Part shown: positions 36,751 to 55,835 of the stretch, in pieces
Numbering within the stretch: the stretch's first letter is position 1
Layout: every line of letters begins with the position of its first letter
Origin: Vicugna vicugna
Taxonomy: Eukaryota
Length of the DNA stretch: 64,000 nucleotides
Direction of reading: 5' to 3'
Assembly: GCA_013265495.1 (NCBI GenBank)
Contig: MU058065.1
Location: 9,527,720-9,591,719 of the forward strand
The notes under the pieces: generated by a model
Database searches by the model: none
What the model saw: the letters and a program-made list of their open reading frames with translations, nothing else
What the model was told of the DNA's origin: nothing
Program-made: the position numbers and the translations under genes

Positions 36751-38859
36751 AGCAAGTCCTGCTTTCTCTTGCTTGATTTGATGGCCACAGTGATATCTGC
36801 CTTCTAACTTCCCCTTCAGAAGTCCCATGCTCCTCCCATGCATTCGACCCACAGGGACAGATATTTACCTAATAGTCCCCTACCTAAGTGTGGAATTTCC
36901 CTGAAGGAGAAGCCAGTCACCTTCTAACTACTGTGCATGGTTTCTCCCACAAGCCTCCGCTTTGTTCCCTTTCATCTACTTACAGACTGTGGTTAAGGGA
37001 ACCATTCCCCTAGTGGTTTGGCTGCTCAGCCAATGGACATGGTTCATCTTCAGGACTTTCCAACCTGCATCTATCACTTCCCTTTTTTACCTTCTGAGCA
37101 CTGCCTCGTTCACTTTCCAGAGAACCAGATAATATACATCTCCTTTCAAATCACGGACACCTTGAACAGTCACTGAACTGGCACTCTGCAAGGTATAACA
37201 TAAAATGATGAAATAGGGAATGTACCTGACTTTTCAGTCCACATGGAAAAAATAGGCAAATAAATAGGCAATTATAAATTAAAGTGCAAAGCTCTATAAT
37301 TGGGGTTAGTACAGTGTGTCATGGGAAGACTCAGAAGAGGCACCCAGCCCAGTGTTTGTACAGGAAGGAGTCTGGTCAACAGTGTTGAGTGCAACAGAGG
37401 GGTGGAAAAGGTCAAGTAAATGCGTATGTTAGCTGCATAAAGCTGTATGCCTGTTAATTAGTAATAAAACACCATTTTAAAACTTCAAATAGAGTATGTA
37501 AAATAAAAAGTGAAAGTTCTTCCTTCCACACATGCTAATCATAATAGCCATAGTGATTTGTTAATGTTTGGCATATGTTCTTCCAGATGTACAGCTATAA
37601 AAATAGATATGCCAATATATATCCATGTAGGGTTTATTTTTCAAAAACCCTATCATAGTATACAAACTGCTAAGCAGACTCCCTTTTTCCACATGGACTT
37701 GTTTCCTTATCATGCATATATATTTACATAACTTAAAAAACAGTTCATAGATTTCCCTACTAATGATACATTAACTTATTTAATAAATCTCTACCTTTTT
37801 GACATTTAGGTTATTTCCCCCTTTTTTTTTTTGCTTCTAACGGTAGTGTTTCAAGGAACATTCTATCCATTGGACTTAGTGACAAGTATTAAGTGAAAAG
37901 GATTACAATCTCAAAATTCTATACCTGCCTGAGATAGATGTATATGAGAAAAAAGTAGACATTTTTGGATATATGAAGTATCAGAAAGTTACTTTCTGGT
38001 TTTCTTTCTGGGGAATTTACTTGAGGAATCACCTAGCAAAACAAAATCAAAACTAAACTATATCTCAGGGAGATTTAAAATGTATAAAAACATGAATGAG
38101 TAATTAATATGGCAAAGTTAAAAGACCAGAATAGAGAATCATGCATGGTTTCTGAATGGGAAACTTAAAATTGTAAAGAAATCGGTATTTCCCACACTAA
38201 TGTTTCAGCTGCTTTCAGTTCCAAACAAACCCTGAAAGGGGCCTGTTTTTGCATGGTGATAAAATTTTCTAGAAAAATAAGTAAGCAAGAATGGCTAAAA
38301 AATGTTTACAAAAAGGGGGCGGGAGGTTGGTATTTGCCTTTTCAGATGCTGAATTATAAACATACAATAGTTAGAGCATGTTAAGTACTGAAAATAGCCA
38401 GATAAATCAGTGACTCAGAAGTGACAACAGAGCTTATAAAATATAAGACGATAATAAGATAATATATTTTAAAGTTACAAAGTGAAGGGTGAGGAATTGT
38501 TTCTTTAATAATTAATGTGGGGAAAAAGGGGTTTTTGATGAATATTTTATTAGTACTTTGTGCCACAGAATATATACAAATAGATTAAAGAGTTAAAAAT
38601 TCAGCCATAAAAAAATTGGAGAAGGTATAGAAGAAAGTTTATACCATCTCTTTATGAGGAAGGATTCCCTCGAGCCAAAAAGCAATGCAAGAAACCATAG
38701 GAAAAGATAATAGACTTGGCAACATAAAAGTATAAAATTTCTGTACTTAAGAAAAAATACAGAAAAAAGGAAAAAAGGAAAACACAAGCCACCAAATGGG
38801 AAAGATTTGTACAACATACGTTCCAAAAACCAGAGTTACTATCACTTGTCAAAACTCTG

Positions 38860-40522
38860 ATACTGGTTAAATCCAATTCTGAGCCTAGTCTGTGCCTAAA
38901 CCTTCACAGATGAATGTGTCCAAAGGGAAATACAAAACCATGTGTTCTGGCCTAACTTCAAATTTACTGTTAATTGCTTTCAAGTGAGACTTTAGCCCTG
39001 TTCTAAAATTGTGATACACTTCCCTAGTTCACTCACTCTCCCATGTTCCCTGATGACTATTTATTACCATCTTCTCACACTCACACTTCAAACTTCCAGC
39101 ACCTCTTCCTCATCCTCACTCAACTAATGATCTTGCTTATAGTAGCGATCAGAAGAGAATGTACACACACTCACACCACCATATCTCACCCAATAGCATC
39201 TCTCCTCCTGTTTCAGAAGAACCATCTATGCTCCCCCCTGAACTATTTAAGGACAAGGATCTGTCTCCAGAAATCCCCTATTTCACCCTCTCTCTACAAA
39301 AACAGTTCCTTCAGGCTACAGTCATGATATTATTTTTCACATCTGAAAAAAAAATCTCTTTTGTCCCTTTTCCCCTCAAATTATGCCATTTCTCACTTTT
39401 GCTTTGCAACAATCCCTCTAGAAGGAGCTGTACACACCTGCCTTAACATTTCCAGTTCCTCAACTTCTGTTCTCTCTTGAACTCAATCCATTGGGCTTTT
39501 ACTCCCACCAACTCTACTGCAGCTGCTCTTGTCAATGTCATCAATGACCTTCACTTTTGCTAAACCCAATGATCAACTCAGTTTTATCTCACGTGATCTA
39601 TCAGCAGCTCTTGACACAAAAATCAGCCCCTTTCCAGAAACATTTGGTTCACCTGGCATCCAGAACGCCACTCTCCTGATTGTGTTCTTCCTGCCTCACT
39701 GTTTTTCATCACTAAAAGGGCCCTCCTGATGGTTCCACAACCTCCAAAAACTGTTCCACCTGTAGTCTTCCCCATTTCAGCAGATGACAACTTCATCTTT
39801 CCAGTCGCTCAGACGGTAAATGTGAAAGCCATATTTAACTCATTTTCTCATACTCTACTTTCAACCAGACTGAACCTGTTGGTTCAGTCTTCAGAACAGA
39901 TCCAGATGCAGATCACACTTTACCATTGTCACTGCTACCACCCTGCTGCAAGGGAATAATACATAACCTCCTGACTGATTTCCCTGCTCCTTTTGTTCTG
40001 CACCAAGTAGCCAGAGTGCTATTTTTCAGTCAGATTAGCATGTAAGGTCTTCACTGAAAACATTCAGACTCCAGTCTGAGGGTAAAAGTCAACGTCCTCA
40101 CATATGGTCCGCCCCCTCCTCGTCCTCATGTCTGCACTCTCTCCTAGTTCACTCACCTTCAGTCATAGCAGCCTGCTTACTATTCCAGGAAAAAGCCAGG
40201 CAGCTTGAGCCTTTTCGATGGCTCCCTCCCCTCCTTTGTATCTTTGGTCAAATATCCCCTTCCTTGCCCACTCTCTGTAGCCACTCCTGCTCAATCCCTT
40301 TCCCTCTTTTGCTTTTTTTTTGCTTCATTTTTCACCTTCTCACTCATCGCCCTCTAATGTGCTATATAATTTTACTGATTTATTTCGTCTATTGCTTGTC
40401 TACTTACGTTAGAATATGAGCTCCACGAAGTCAGAGGTTTTTGTTTGTATCATTTTTCACTGATGCAGTCCCAGTGCTGATACATAGCAGCTGCCCAAAA
40501 AAGATCTGCTGAATAAATAAAT
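38860..40522 (+). mobile_element. Long L2 fragment including a degenerate RT region
   Basis: 39490-39620 is a frameshifted match to the L2 RT segment (STETAL..NDL..DLSAAFDT; here gatctatcagcagctcttgacaca = DLSAALDT); ends gctgaataaataaa. Confidence 0.8.
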
Positions 40523-40581
40523 TAATTATGTTCAAGGAATATACAAAGGGAAAATGGGAGTGTAAATCTCTTCAAACTTTT

Positions 40582-40798
40582 TTTTCAATTGAAGTATAGT
40601 TGATTTACAATGTTGTGTTAGTTTCTGGTCTATAGCATAGTGATTTATTTATATATATATACACATTCTTCTTCATTATAGGTTATTATAAGCTATTGAA
40701 TACAGTTTCCTGTGCTATACAGTAGGAACTTGTTTATTCTGTATATAGAAGTTTGTATCTGCTAATCCCAGACTCCCAATTTATCCCTCCCTACCCCA
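40582..40798 (-). mobile_element. Young L1 3' end with TSD
   Basis: ttttcaattgaagtatagttgatttacaatgttgtgttagtttctgg; TSD CAAACTTTT at 40573-40581 and 40799-40807. Confidence 0.88.
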
Positions 40799-40826
40799 CA
40801 AACTTTTAAAATGTAACTTAACAATA

Positions 40827-41145
40827 CAGTTGTCCCTTGGTATCTGCAGAGGACTGGTGCCAGGACCACCCCCATGGATACCAAAATTTGAGGATACACA
40901 AGTCCCTTATATAAAACGGTGTAGTATTTGTATATAACCTATGCACATCCTCCCATACACTTTAAATCATCTCTAGATTACTTATAATACCTAACACAAT
41001 GTAACCACTATGTAAATAGCTGCCTACGCACAGCAAATTCAAGTTTTGCTTTTTTTGAACTTTCTGAAATTTTTTAAAAAATATTTTCCATCTAAGGTTG
41101 GTTGACTCCCCTGATGCAGAACCTACAGATATGGAAGGCCAAGTG
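40827..41145 (+). mobile_element. MER2 (Tigger-derived MITE)
   Basis: TA-cagttgtcccttggtatctgc..gataccaaaat..caagtcccttatataaaa..gcagaacctacagatatggaaggcc. Confidence 0.88.
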
Positions 41146-41234
41146 TTCATAACAGAAGTCTTAACTACATACTGAGTAATGTCACTTTTAGAAATTTTTC
41201 TTAATGACAAAAAAAAAAGTCTCCTCTAACCTGC

Positions 41235-41392
41235 TGTGGTTCTCAAATGTGACTGCACACTGTAATTACCGTAATTACCTGGGGGAGTGTTCTAAAATAT
41301 ATTGATTCCTGAGCCCCACGTCAGAGATTCTGATTTAACTGGTCTGGTCTGGTGGTCATGATATTAGCACCCTAAGATGATTAGCACTGAGA
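41235..41392. mobile_element. MER5A-like fragment
   Basis: gtggttctcaaatgtgactgcac..gagccccacgtcagagattctgatttaactggtctgg. Confidence 0.75.
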
Positions 41393-41870
41393 TCCATTCA
41401 TTCATTAGAGGGTGTAGGTGGTAATTCTGTTTGTATCTTTGGGCCCGTATTTTTCATATACAAAATGAAGGGGTTAGAGCACATTATCTGTAAGCATCCT
41501 TCCAACTGGGACACTCCATGTTCATATAGGAAATCTCTTATTTAGGGATTTATAGGAAATATTGTTTCTTCCTGGTAATTTATTGGTATATGTGTGTGCA
41601 TGCATGTGTGTGAAAGAAGAGCACATGTATCAGCTTTACAATGCCCTGAAATTTTTAAAAGAGGTACTTATTTTTTATCATAGAGAAACTGAGATAAATC
41701 AAAATTTCACAAAGTTATCAAGCCCTCCATTCCAACAGGTGTCAGGCATGAAGTTAGGAGAAACTGTCACATGCTTCTTGTAGGGCCGACTAGAGCAAGG
41801 AACAGGACTCTGAAACCAGGAGAGCTGTTTTTTTTTTTTTAATTGTCATTTGTTTATTTATTTTCACATA

Positions 41871-42230
41871 TGTCTTAGTTCATTGGGGCTGCTATAACAG
41901 AATACCATAAACTGGTGGCTTATAACAACAGATATTGAGAAAAACATGTATCTCATAATTCTGAGGCTGAGAAGGACAAGATCTGGTATCTGGTGAGAGC
42001 CCACAGCTTGGTTCACAGACATCTGTCTTTTTGCTGTGACCTCACATGGTGAAAGGGGTGAAGAGCTCCTTGGGGTCTCTTTTTTAAGGGCATTAAATCC
42101 ATTTATAAGGGCTCCGTCTTCTACACCTAATCACCTCTCAAAGGTCCCACCTCCAAATACTACCACACTGGGGATTAGATTTTAACATACAAATTTTTGA
42201 GGGGACACAAACATTCAGTCTATAGCAACA
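41871..42230 (-). mobile_element. MaLR solo LTR (MLT1A0-like)
   Basis: tgtcttagttcattggggctgctataacagaataccataaactgg..aacattcagtctatagca. Confidence 0.88.
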
Positions 42231-43251
42231 CAGGACACTGGAAAATATCAGCAAATAGCAAGTGCTCTTGTTGAAGCATGTAGGTATACAGGATAAAAGG
42301 ACTTTTGATCCTACAGAAGCCTTCTTATGCTCACTTTGTATGACTGATTTGCAGCATTTTCTACAATATTCTTTTAAGTACAAGGTGTATGATATATACT
42401 GCAGTTAGACAAATCTTTCACCAATAAAGAAATAATTTTGTATTAGTTTTAAGTTAGGTCAGTTGCCAGTAATGTTTGGTTTTTCAGCTGAACAAACAAT
42501 AAATTCAGGCAGCTATTTACATGTGTGGTACACTTGAAAAGAACTTTTTAGAACAGAGAAGCCGAAGTCATTTACTCTGTCATTAGAAAGATAATGTAGC
42601 TGAGCTGAATTACCCCATTTAGGGGTGCATTTCTTCCCAAGGGAAACTACAAAGTTATTCCTCACAAGCCGACTTCACTGCCCCCACATAATTAGACACT
42701 GGGGATCAGATAAAATGCTGCTGCACTTATCACTGTGAACTACAAACTTTCAAAAAAATCTAATTACTCACTTAGATAACCAAAAAAATGCACTTTTTAG
42801 GGAAAATAACCTGTTTTGGAGAAAAGGTCATTGTATGTAACAGACAGAGGGCTTTATATCCCTGCTTTGTAACTTAGTATAAAATGAGAAAATTCACTTC
42901 ATATGAATTAATTATTAAGAAATACATAAATAAGTATAACATGCTTATAAGTGTAAAATGCCTGGCACATAGCGAGTGCTCAGTGTGTGTTAGCATTTAT
43001 CATTACAGGGATGATTTATGTGGTTGTTGTTGCAAATATTACTAAACATTACTTACGAGGCTGTGGTTAAATCTTTTAAGATTAATGTAAGACCTTTTAT
43101 TTTTAACCTTGCCAATTATGCTACAAAGTGGATTATCTCTGTGTGAACACTGTAGTTCTCGTTAAATTTTTTTTCTTGCTAGTTTCACCACGCAAGACAT
43201 CTAGTGTCAAACAGTACTTGGCCAGGTGTTTTACTGATGTTGTAATAGTTT

Positions 43252-43446
43252 CATTTTATTTTATTTTTAAAGATGCTTTTCTTTTTTTAATGGTTTCACG
43301 CAGGACCTCATGCTAAGCATGTGTTCTACCACTGAGCTATTCCCTGGCCTGCTTCTTTTTCCCCTTAACGGAGACACTGGGGATTGAACCCAGGAACTCA
43401 TGCATCCCAAGCATGTGCTCTACCACTGAGCTATACACCCTACCCC
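43252..43446 (-). mobile_element. Dimeric tRNA-derived camelid SINE (Vic-1-like) with 11-bp TSD
   Basis: Minus strand GGGTGTATAGCTCAGTGGTAGAGCACATGCTTGGGATGCATGAGTTCCTGGGTTCAATCCCCAG (A and B boxes); second degenerate monomer 43290-43350; TSD TGTAATAGTTT at 43241-43251 and 43447-43457. Confidence 0.88.
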
Positions 43447-45059
43447 TGTAATAGTTTTAAATAGATGGATAGTACAAAGAAAGTGAAATGACCATTGGAG
43501 TCCCAGAAACCAGAACCTGGTAGTGAACATGGGTAGTGGGTGGTGGGCAAACTTTACAGGAAAATATTTACCTGTGAGAACCCAGATAACCAGAACCTTA
43601 TGCACAAGATTCTAATGGATGCCTTTCTGCATTGTACTGGATCTCACTAAGCAATATAATATGTTCTTCACACAGTAGTAGTGTTGAGGTTCTGGGCATA
43701 AACCACTTATCACCTCAGAATAAATTTATGTTTGGGCTATGAAAATGACAAAAGGTCCACAGAATAACATCTCAGAAGACCATGAAGTAATCCTGCGAAT
43801 ATAGTAAAGAATCAGCAGTATAATCATTATGACCTAACTGGCTGGGCAGAGTGATTGATCTTTGTTTATTTCACTGAATGCTAATATTAGGAAAGATTAC
43901 CTGGGTGGCAATAGTTGCTCTTCTAGACATCTTTTTTTTTTTTTTTTAATTAACCACCACCCTTGAGGGGTTGGAGGTAGTTGAAACCAACTGACCTGGG
44001 TTGAAGAGTTCCTGCGCTGCCCATGCCATCTTGTTTCTTAAGACTGTCTTTAATTTTGGTGAATGAGAAAGCACTTGCTGCCACTTCCTTTCTTAGAGCT
44101 GCTGAGTTAGTAGGGAAGGAAGTGAGGGATGTTCGGCTGAAGTCTGTCCTGTGGGGGATGGGCAGAGCTAGGCTTTTCCTCTGAGCACCAGCTTCTGCTT
44201 TTGTGGGGTTTGGTTTCCCAAGTATCTGGTTCCTCTTTATAATAGTCAATAAAATTGGTTTGAGCAGCCCTGATTCCTCTTCTGGGAACAATGACCCCAA
44301 GGTGCAGGGAGTGGCTAACTTTCCTCAAACGCTTGGCTACAATTCTGTTAAATGTTCTTAATCGGTTTCCTGTCTATTGATAATATCTTAAAGACTATCA
44401 AATCTTAAAAAAAAAAAAAAGGGAGTCTGATTTAAATATTGCTTCTGAGATGATGCTTTTTTTGTCTGTGTTGAAGAATATAGCTTTGAGAAAAACCTAG
44501 TTGAAGCATCCAGACACATCAGATAATAATGGTAGAATGAGAGCGTCTGATCCAGACTGGGAGTCTTTGGGAGCCCTGAGGTTGGATGTGGCTCTGCCAC
44601 TAACTGACATGTTTCATCATTTGTTTTATTTGATGTTGAAAATCATGCTTATAATATTATTTTACACCGTTTGCCAGCATTACATCAGTGTCTTTGGCAC
44701 TCTGGACCTTATTTGTCCAAGAACTGGAAGCTTCTGCTTCTTTAAGAATGTCTTGACTCTCTTGCTAATTGTGATCATCTTTGAAACTCTTTTCTTGTGC
44801 TGTAATATATCTAGGCTGTTTGTCTGTAGATGTCTGGGAAGTGGTGTGGTTGAGCTAAAAATATTCAGAAAGATTCAATGAAAAATTAAGTCTTCTGCCA
44901 TACAAATTCTCTGATACTCATCTCAACATATCTGTTACCATCTCAAATAGTTAGATGATCCTCTAAAGCCATATAAATATATCTTGCTGCTAATACTTTA
45001 TTGCTTTAGTTTATTTTTGACTCATAATTCCATCACTGTAATTTAAGTCAAAAATCACC

Positions 45060-45470
45060 TTTATGCTGGAGGGCTTTTGGATCAAGGTTGCCTAGATTCA
45101 AAACCCAGTTTGGCCTTCTCTGGCTGTGTGGTTTCTGGTGAGTTTCATCATCTGTAAAATGGGGATAAAAATTACTAGTCATCACACAGGATTGATGAAA
45201 TGAATAAGTAATCACACCTTAAGCCATTATTGTTTTTCTTTTCTTTAATAACAGAAAATAGGCGAAAGGAAAATATTGTCTACTATTTGCTAGGCACTGG
45301 TTGGACAATTTATGAGCCCAAGTAATCCTTCGTGAGGTAGGCATCCTTTTATTTTGGATGATTAAATTATGACTAGAAAGCTCAATCAATTGTCCTAAAG
45401 TTCACACAACTAGCAAACAGTTCAAACCCAGGTTTGTTTCTAAAGCATATGCCTTTTTCACTATACAACA
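45060..45470. mobile_element. Two MIR fragments in opposite orientation
   Basis: catctgtaaaatggggataa (sense) and ttgtcctaaagttcacacaactagc..ttcaaacccagg (antisense). Confidence 0.7.
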
Positions 45471-45644
45471 TAAAGAAAATTTTATTCATCTTTTCACCCC
45501 AGATTATAATGTTTCAGGATTTCCCACTTGTTGTTACATGATTTTTTTGGGTGTATAAAAGCAAGTTTGTAACACTGTAAATCAACTATACTTAAATAAA
45601 AATTAAATTAAATTTAAAAAATAACAAAAAACAAGTGCATGATG

Positions 45645-46128
45645 ACATCTCATGAAAAGACATGGAGGAAACAAATGCATATTACTAAGTGAAAGAAGTC
45701 AACATGAAATGGCTAAATACTGTATGATTTCAACTATAGGACATACTGGAAAATGAAGACAGTAAAATATCAGTGGCTGTCAAGGGTTAAGGGAGAAGGA
45801 ACTATGAATAGGTGACACACAAATTTTTAGGGCAGTGAAACTCTATATGACACTATAATGGTGAATACAAGACATTATACATTTGCCCAAAACCATAAAA
45901 TTTACAACACCAAGAGTGAACTCTATGGTAAACTATGGACTTTGGATGACAATGTGTTAATGTAGGCTCATCAGCTGTAACCAATGTACCTCTCTAGTAG
46001 GGGTGGGATACTGATAATGCGGTAAGGTTACGCATGTGTGGGGGTAGAGAGTATGTGGGAAATCTCTGTACCTTCCTCTCTAAATTTTGCAGTGAATACG
46101 AAACTTCTCTAAAAAATAGTTTATTTAA
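45645..46128 (+). mobile_element. L1MC1-like 3' fragment
   Basis: catgaaaagacatggaggaaac..aatgcatattactaagtgaaagaag..acaacaccaagagtgaactcta..ggaaatctctgtacc. Confidence 0.85.
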
Positions 46129-46599
46129 AAACAAGCACAGGGAAGAAGAGCAAATGGGGAATGGATGTAATATGAGAGAAGGCTAAGGAAAAATAATGTT
46201 TCCAAAGGAATTTAACTACTTGTCTGTCTACCTAGTATTACAGAGTGAAAAGCACCAAGACTAGGTCAGACAACTTGTGCTGACGCGCTGCTTGCTCACA
46301 AGCTGCTGGGTGACCTTCAGCAAACTTACCTCATCTTTCTGGATCTCAATTCAGATATGCTTAAAATGAGGCAGTAGAGTTGATCCCTAAATTGCCCTAG
46401 GGTCCTAAAACTTCAGCCTTGCAGCGAAGGACCCATCCCTACCTTTTTCTTCTTTCAACCCAGACCAACCTGAAACTTGTTCTTAACGCTACTGCATACT
46501 TTCTGACGGACCCACTGGGTCCTAAAACACAACAACCGTTTCCCATGACCGTGAGACTAAAGGGCAAGGGTGGAGGACTGAACTCTGAGGGGAAAAAAA

Positions 46600-47471
46600 A
46601 AGTGCAAGAAAACCCAGAAGTTGGACAGTGACGCGTACTAACCTGCAGAAGAAAGACTAGGCGAGGCAATGCTGACGCTTTGCAGCGACGGCGGAAGCGG
46701 GAGGAGGGTGGGGCCGAGAGCCGATTGGATGGCTGAGGGGGCGGGGCCTGCGCTGACAGTCTTGGGGAGGAGTGAGGAAGGCTGCGCCGGCGTCTCTTGC
46801 CGGTTTCCGTCCTTTGGCTTCCCCTCCCCAGTGCCTGGAGGGCGGGGCATTGGGTGTGCCGACGCCGTGTGACGTCACAAGGGGCGGGGCGGCTGGGAGG
46901 GGTCCAGCCGGCGCGCGGGCGCGTTCCGCAGTCGCTGTTTGGGACGCTGGGTTCGTGGTTGCTGGTTCTGTGCTCCGGGTTTGCTGTCACAGCCTGTTCC
47001 TTCCTGGAGCCCGGGACAGACAGGGCACGCGCCCGAAGTGCAAGAAAACCCAGAAGTTGGACAGTGACGCGTACTAACCTGCAGAAGAAAGACTAGGCGA
47101 GGCAATGCTGACGCTTTGCAGCGACGGCGGAAGCGGGAGGAGGGTGGGGCCGAGAGCCGATTGGATGGCTGAGGGGGCGGGGCCTGCGCTGACAGTCTTG
47201 GGGAGGAGTGAGGAAGGCTGCGCCGGCGTCTCTTGCCGGTTTCCGTCCTTTGGCTTCCCCTCCCCAGTGCCTGGAGGGCGGGGCATTGGGTGTGCCGACG
47301 CCGTGTGACGTCACAAGGGGCGGGGCGGCTGGGAGGGGTCCAGCCGGCGCGCGGGCGCGTTCCGCAGTCGCTGTTTGGGACGCTGGGTTCGTGGTTGCTG
47401 GTTCTGTGCTCCGGGTTTGCTGTCACAGCCTGTTCCTTCCTGGAGCCCGGGACAGACAGGGCACGCGCCCG
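46600..47471 (+). repeat. Direct tandem duplication, 2 x 436 bp (46600-47035 and 47036-47471)
   Basis: Both units run AAGTGCAAGAAAACCCAGAAG...CAGGGCACGCGCCCG. The ORF track shows identical peptides offset by 436 (46638/47074, 46657/47093, 46669/47105). No mismatch found by eye. Confidence 0.97.
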
Positions 47472-47840
47472 TGTGTGTGTCTGTGTGTGAGCGGGACTCA
47501 AGGGCGGAGGCGTCCTCTCGCTGCATTTTTTTTCTTTTAGCCAAAAAAGGGGGCAGTTCTCACGCTTGCCTTCCTGTCGCCCTATTGGGAGTGGGGTTGG
47601 TGTGCGGAGTTGTTCGTCTTTTTTTCTTTTAAACTTGTGAGCGCTCCCCCCCCCTTTTTTTCGGCTCAGTGCTCTCTGGGCTGGTTTCCTCGGTCCCTGA
47701 CTAACCGCTTTCTGCCCCATCTCTCGCCACCCCAGCCCAAGGTCGCCCATCCGCCCTCGCCCCTGGTCCGGGTGGGTGGGAAGCTTTGTCCCGCTCCCTG
47801 CCCACTCGAGTCTCCGCATCGTAGCCGCACCTGCCTCAAT

Positions 47841-54649
<6,809 letters not shown>

Positions 54650-55835
54650 CCTATGCCAAATACTCACATGCGGTCTTTAAACTACGTGCCCTACTTGAAC
54701 ACTTACTGCACTTTTATTTATTGTTAACTGTGAAGACTGTCCTTTATCGGTTTCCTCTTACATTTTTGGTTTGTTAATGAGTGATTTGTTTTTTATAGCA
54801 AAACTATTAAGCTGCTCAAGTCTCCTATTGAAGAACAGGAACACTCTGAAGAATAGGGGCATTTATTTCTAGAGCAAAAAGATCTTTGGATATCCTCTAA
54901 AAAACCTGCACCCATTTCATGGGTGAGTTACTTAAGACATCAGCATTTTAGCCTCTATGAGTCTATCTTCTGTATAAATTTTGTAATATTTGAAATAAGG
55001 CTCAGTGGGACATATTCTTTTGTCTTAAATTCAGATATTGCCAACTAAAGCAATAACCACCAAAAAAACAAAAACTTGGTCAATGCTAACAGCAATTTGA
55101 GTGTTCATGACTCCAGGAATTCTTTATTGAGTGACTGCCATTGAGATTTTCCAAGGACTGAATCATCCTAAACTCTTGTTTTATTATCAAAAAACATGTT
55201 CTTTATTGGAATTATGGAACAGAATGTGATCTGCATTACAGCAAGACATTTTTAGAAGAAAGCTACATTTATTTTAGGGTAGTCTTATTAATATTTATTA
55301 GCTTCGTGCATTACACTGAGTGCAAATTGAAAACTGAGGCCTTGAATGTTTATTTTTTGAAACTACTGTGTTAAATATTGCAGTTTAATTTGAGGGAGTT
55401 ATGAAGTCATAATAAACATTAACCTAATTATTTTTACAAATTATGGTAGATAAATATAGTGAAGGCAGTTCAAATTGAATTCATGTAGAAATATGTAATC
55501 TTGATTTATAGAGTCCTGGGTATTTGCAGAAACTCAGCCTGGAGTGAAAATCCTAGGTATTTACTTTATTTGAAGGGGGTGTGTGTGTGTTTATTGTCAA
55601 AGTTTTTGAACACATTTCACAAAGCCTTATCAGCAAAAATTAAGAAATGGCTCTCTCAAAGAAGTGAATACAGCTTTATGTAGAAATGGAAAGGCAGAAT
55701 GTATTTATGTGTTGTAAGTGGTCTCCAGTTCCACTTTTTACTGTAGGGTGGATAACTGGTAAATTTTTCCTTTGTTAGAATTCAGCTCTTCTTCAACGTT
55801 ATCTCTTGAATAAAACTTGCATTAATGTTAACAGA
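54650..55835 (+). other. NABP1: NABP1 3' UTR (proximal form); may extend further
   Basis: AU-rich, repeat-poor sequence after the stop. AATAAA at 55411-55416 and 55809-55814, the latter followed by a T-rich tract; a further AATAAA at 58519-58524. Confidence 0.6.
55809..55814 (+). terminator. NABP1: Candidate polyadenylation signal AATAAA of NABP1
   Basis: gAATAAAacttgcattaatgttaaca followed by a T-rich downstream element (cttatttttactcttttaat). Confidence 0.55.

Noticed and set aside
43371..43446. tRNA-Ala gene
   Set aside because: Degenerate stems, dimeric arrangement, A-rich tail and TSD show it is a SINE
44501..44881. 126-aa hydrophobic ORF
   Set aside because: Non-ATG start, T-rich composition, no splice context or recognisable homology
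46256..46268. ROR response element-like AAGACTAGGTCA near the promoter (others near 29512 and 42451)
   Set aside because: Imperfect match inside a MIR-like segment; single half-sites are too common to support a call
46875..47819. 314-aa minus-strand ORF (and the 183-aa ORF at 46439-46990)
   Set aside because: Stop-poor GC-rich CpG island lengthened by the 436-bp duplication; low-complexity Pro/Arg peptide with no recognisable domain
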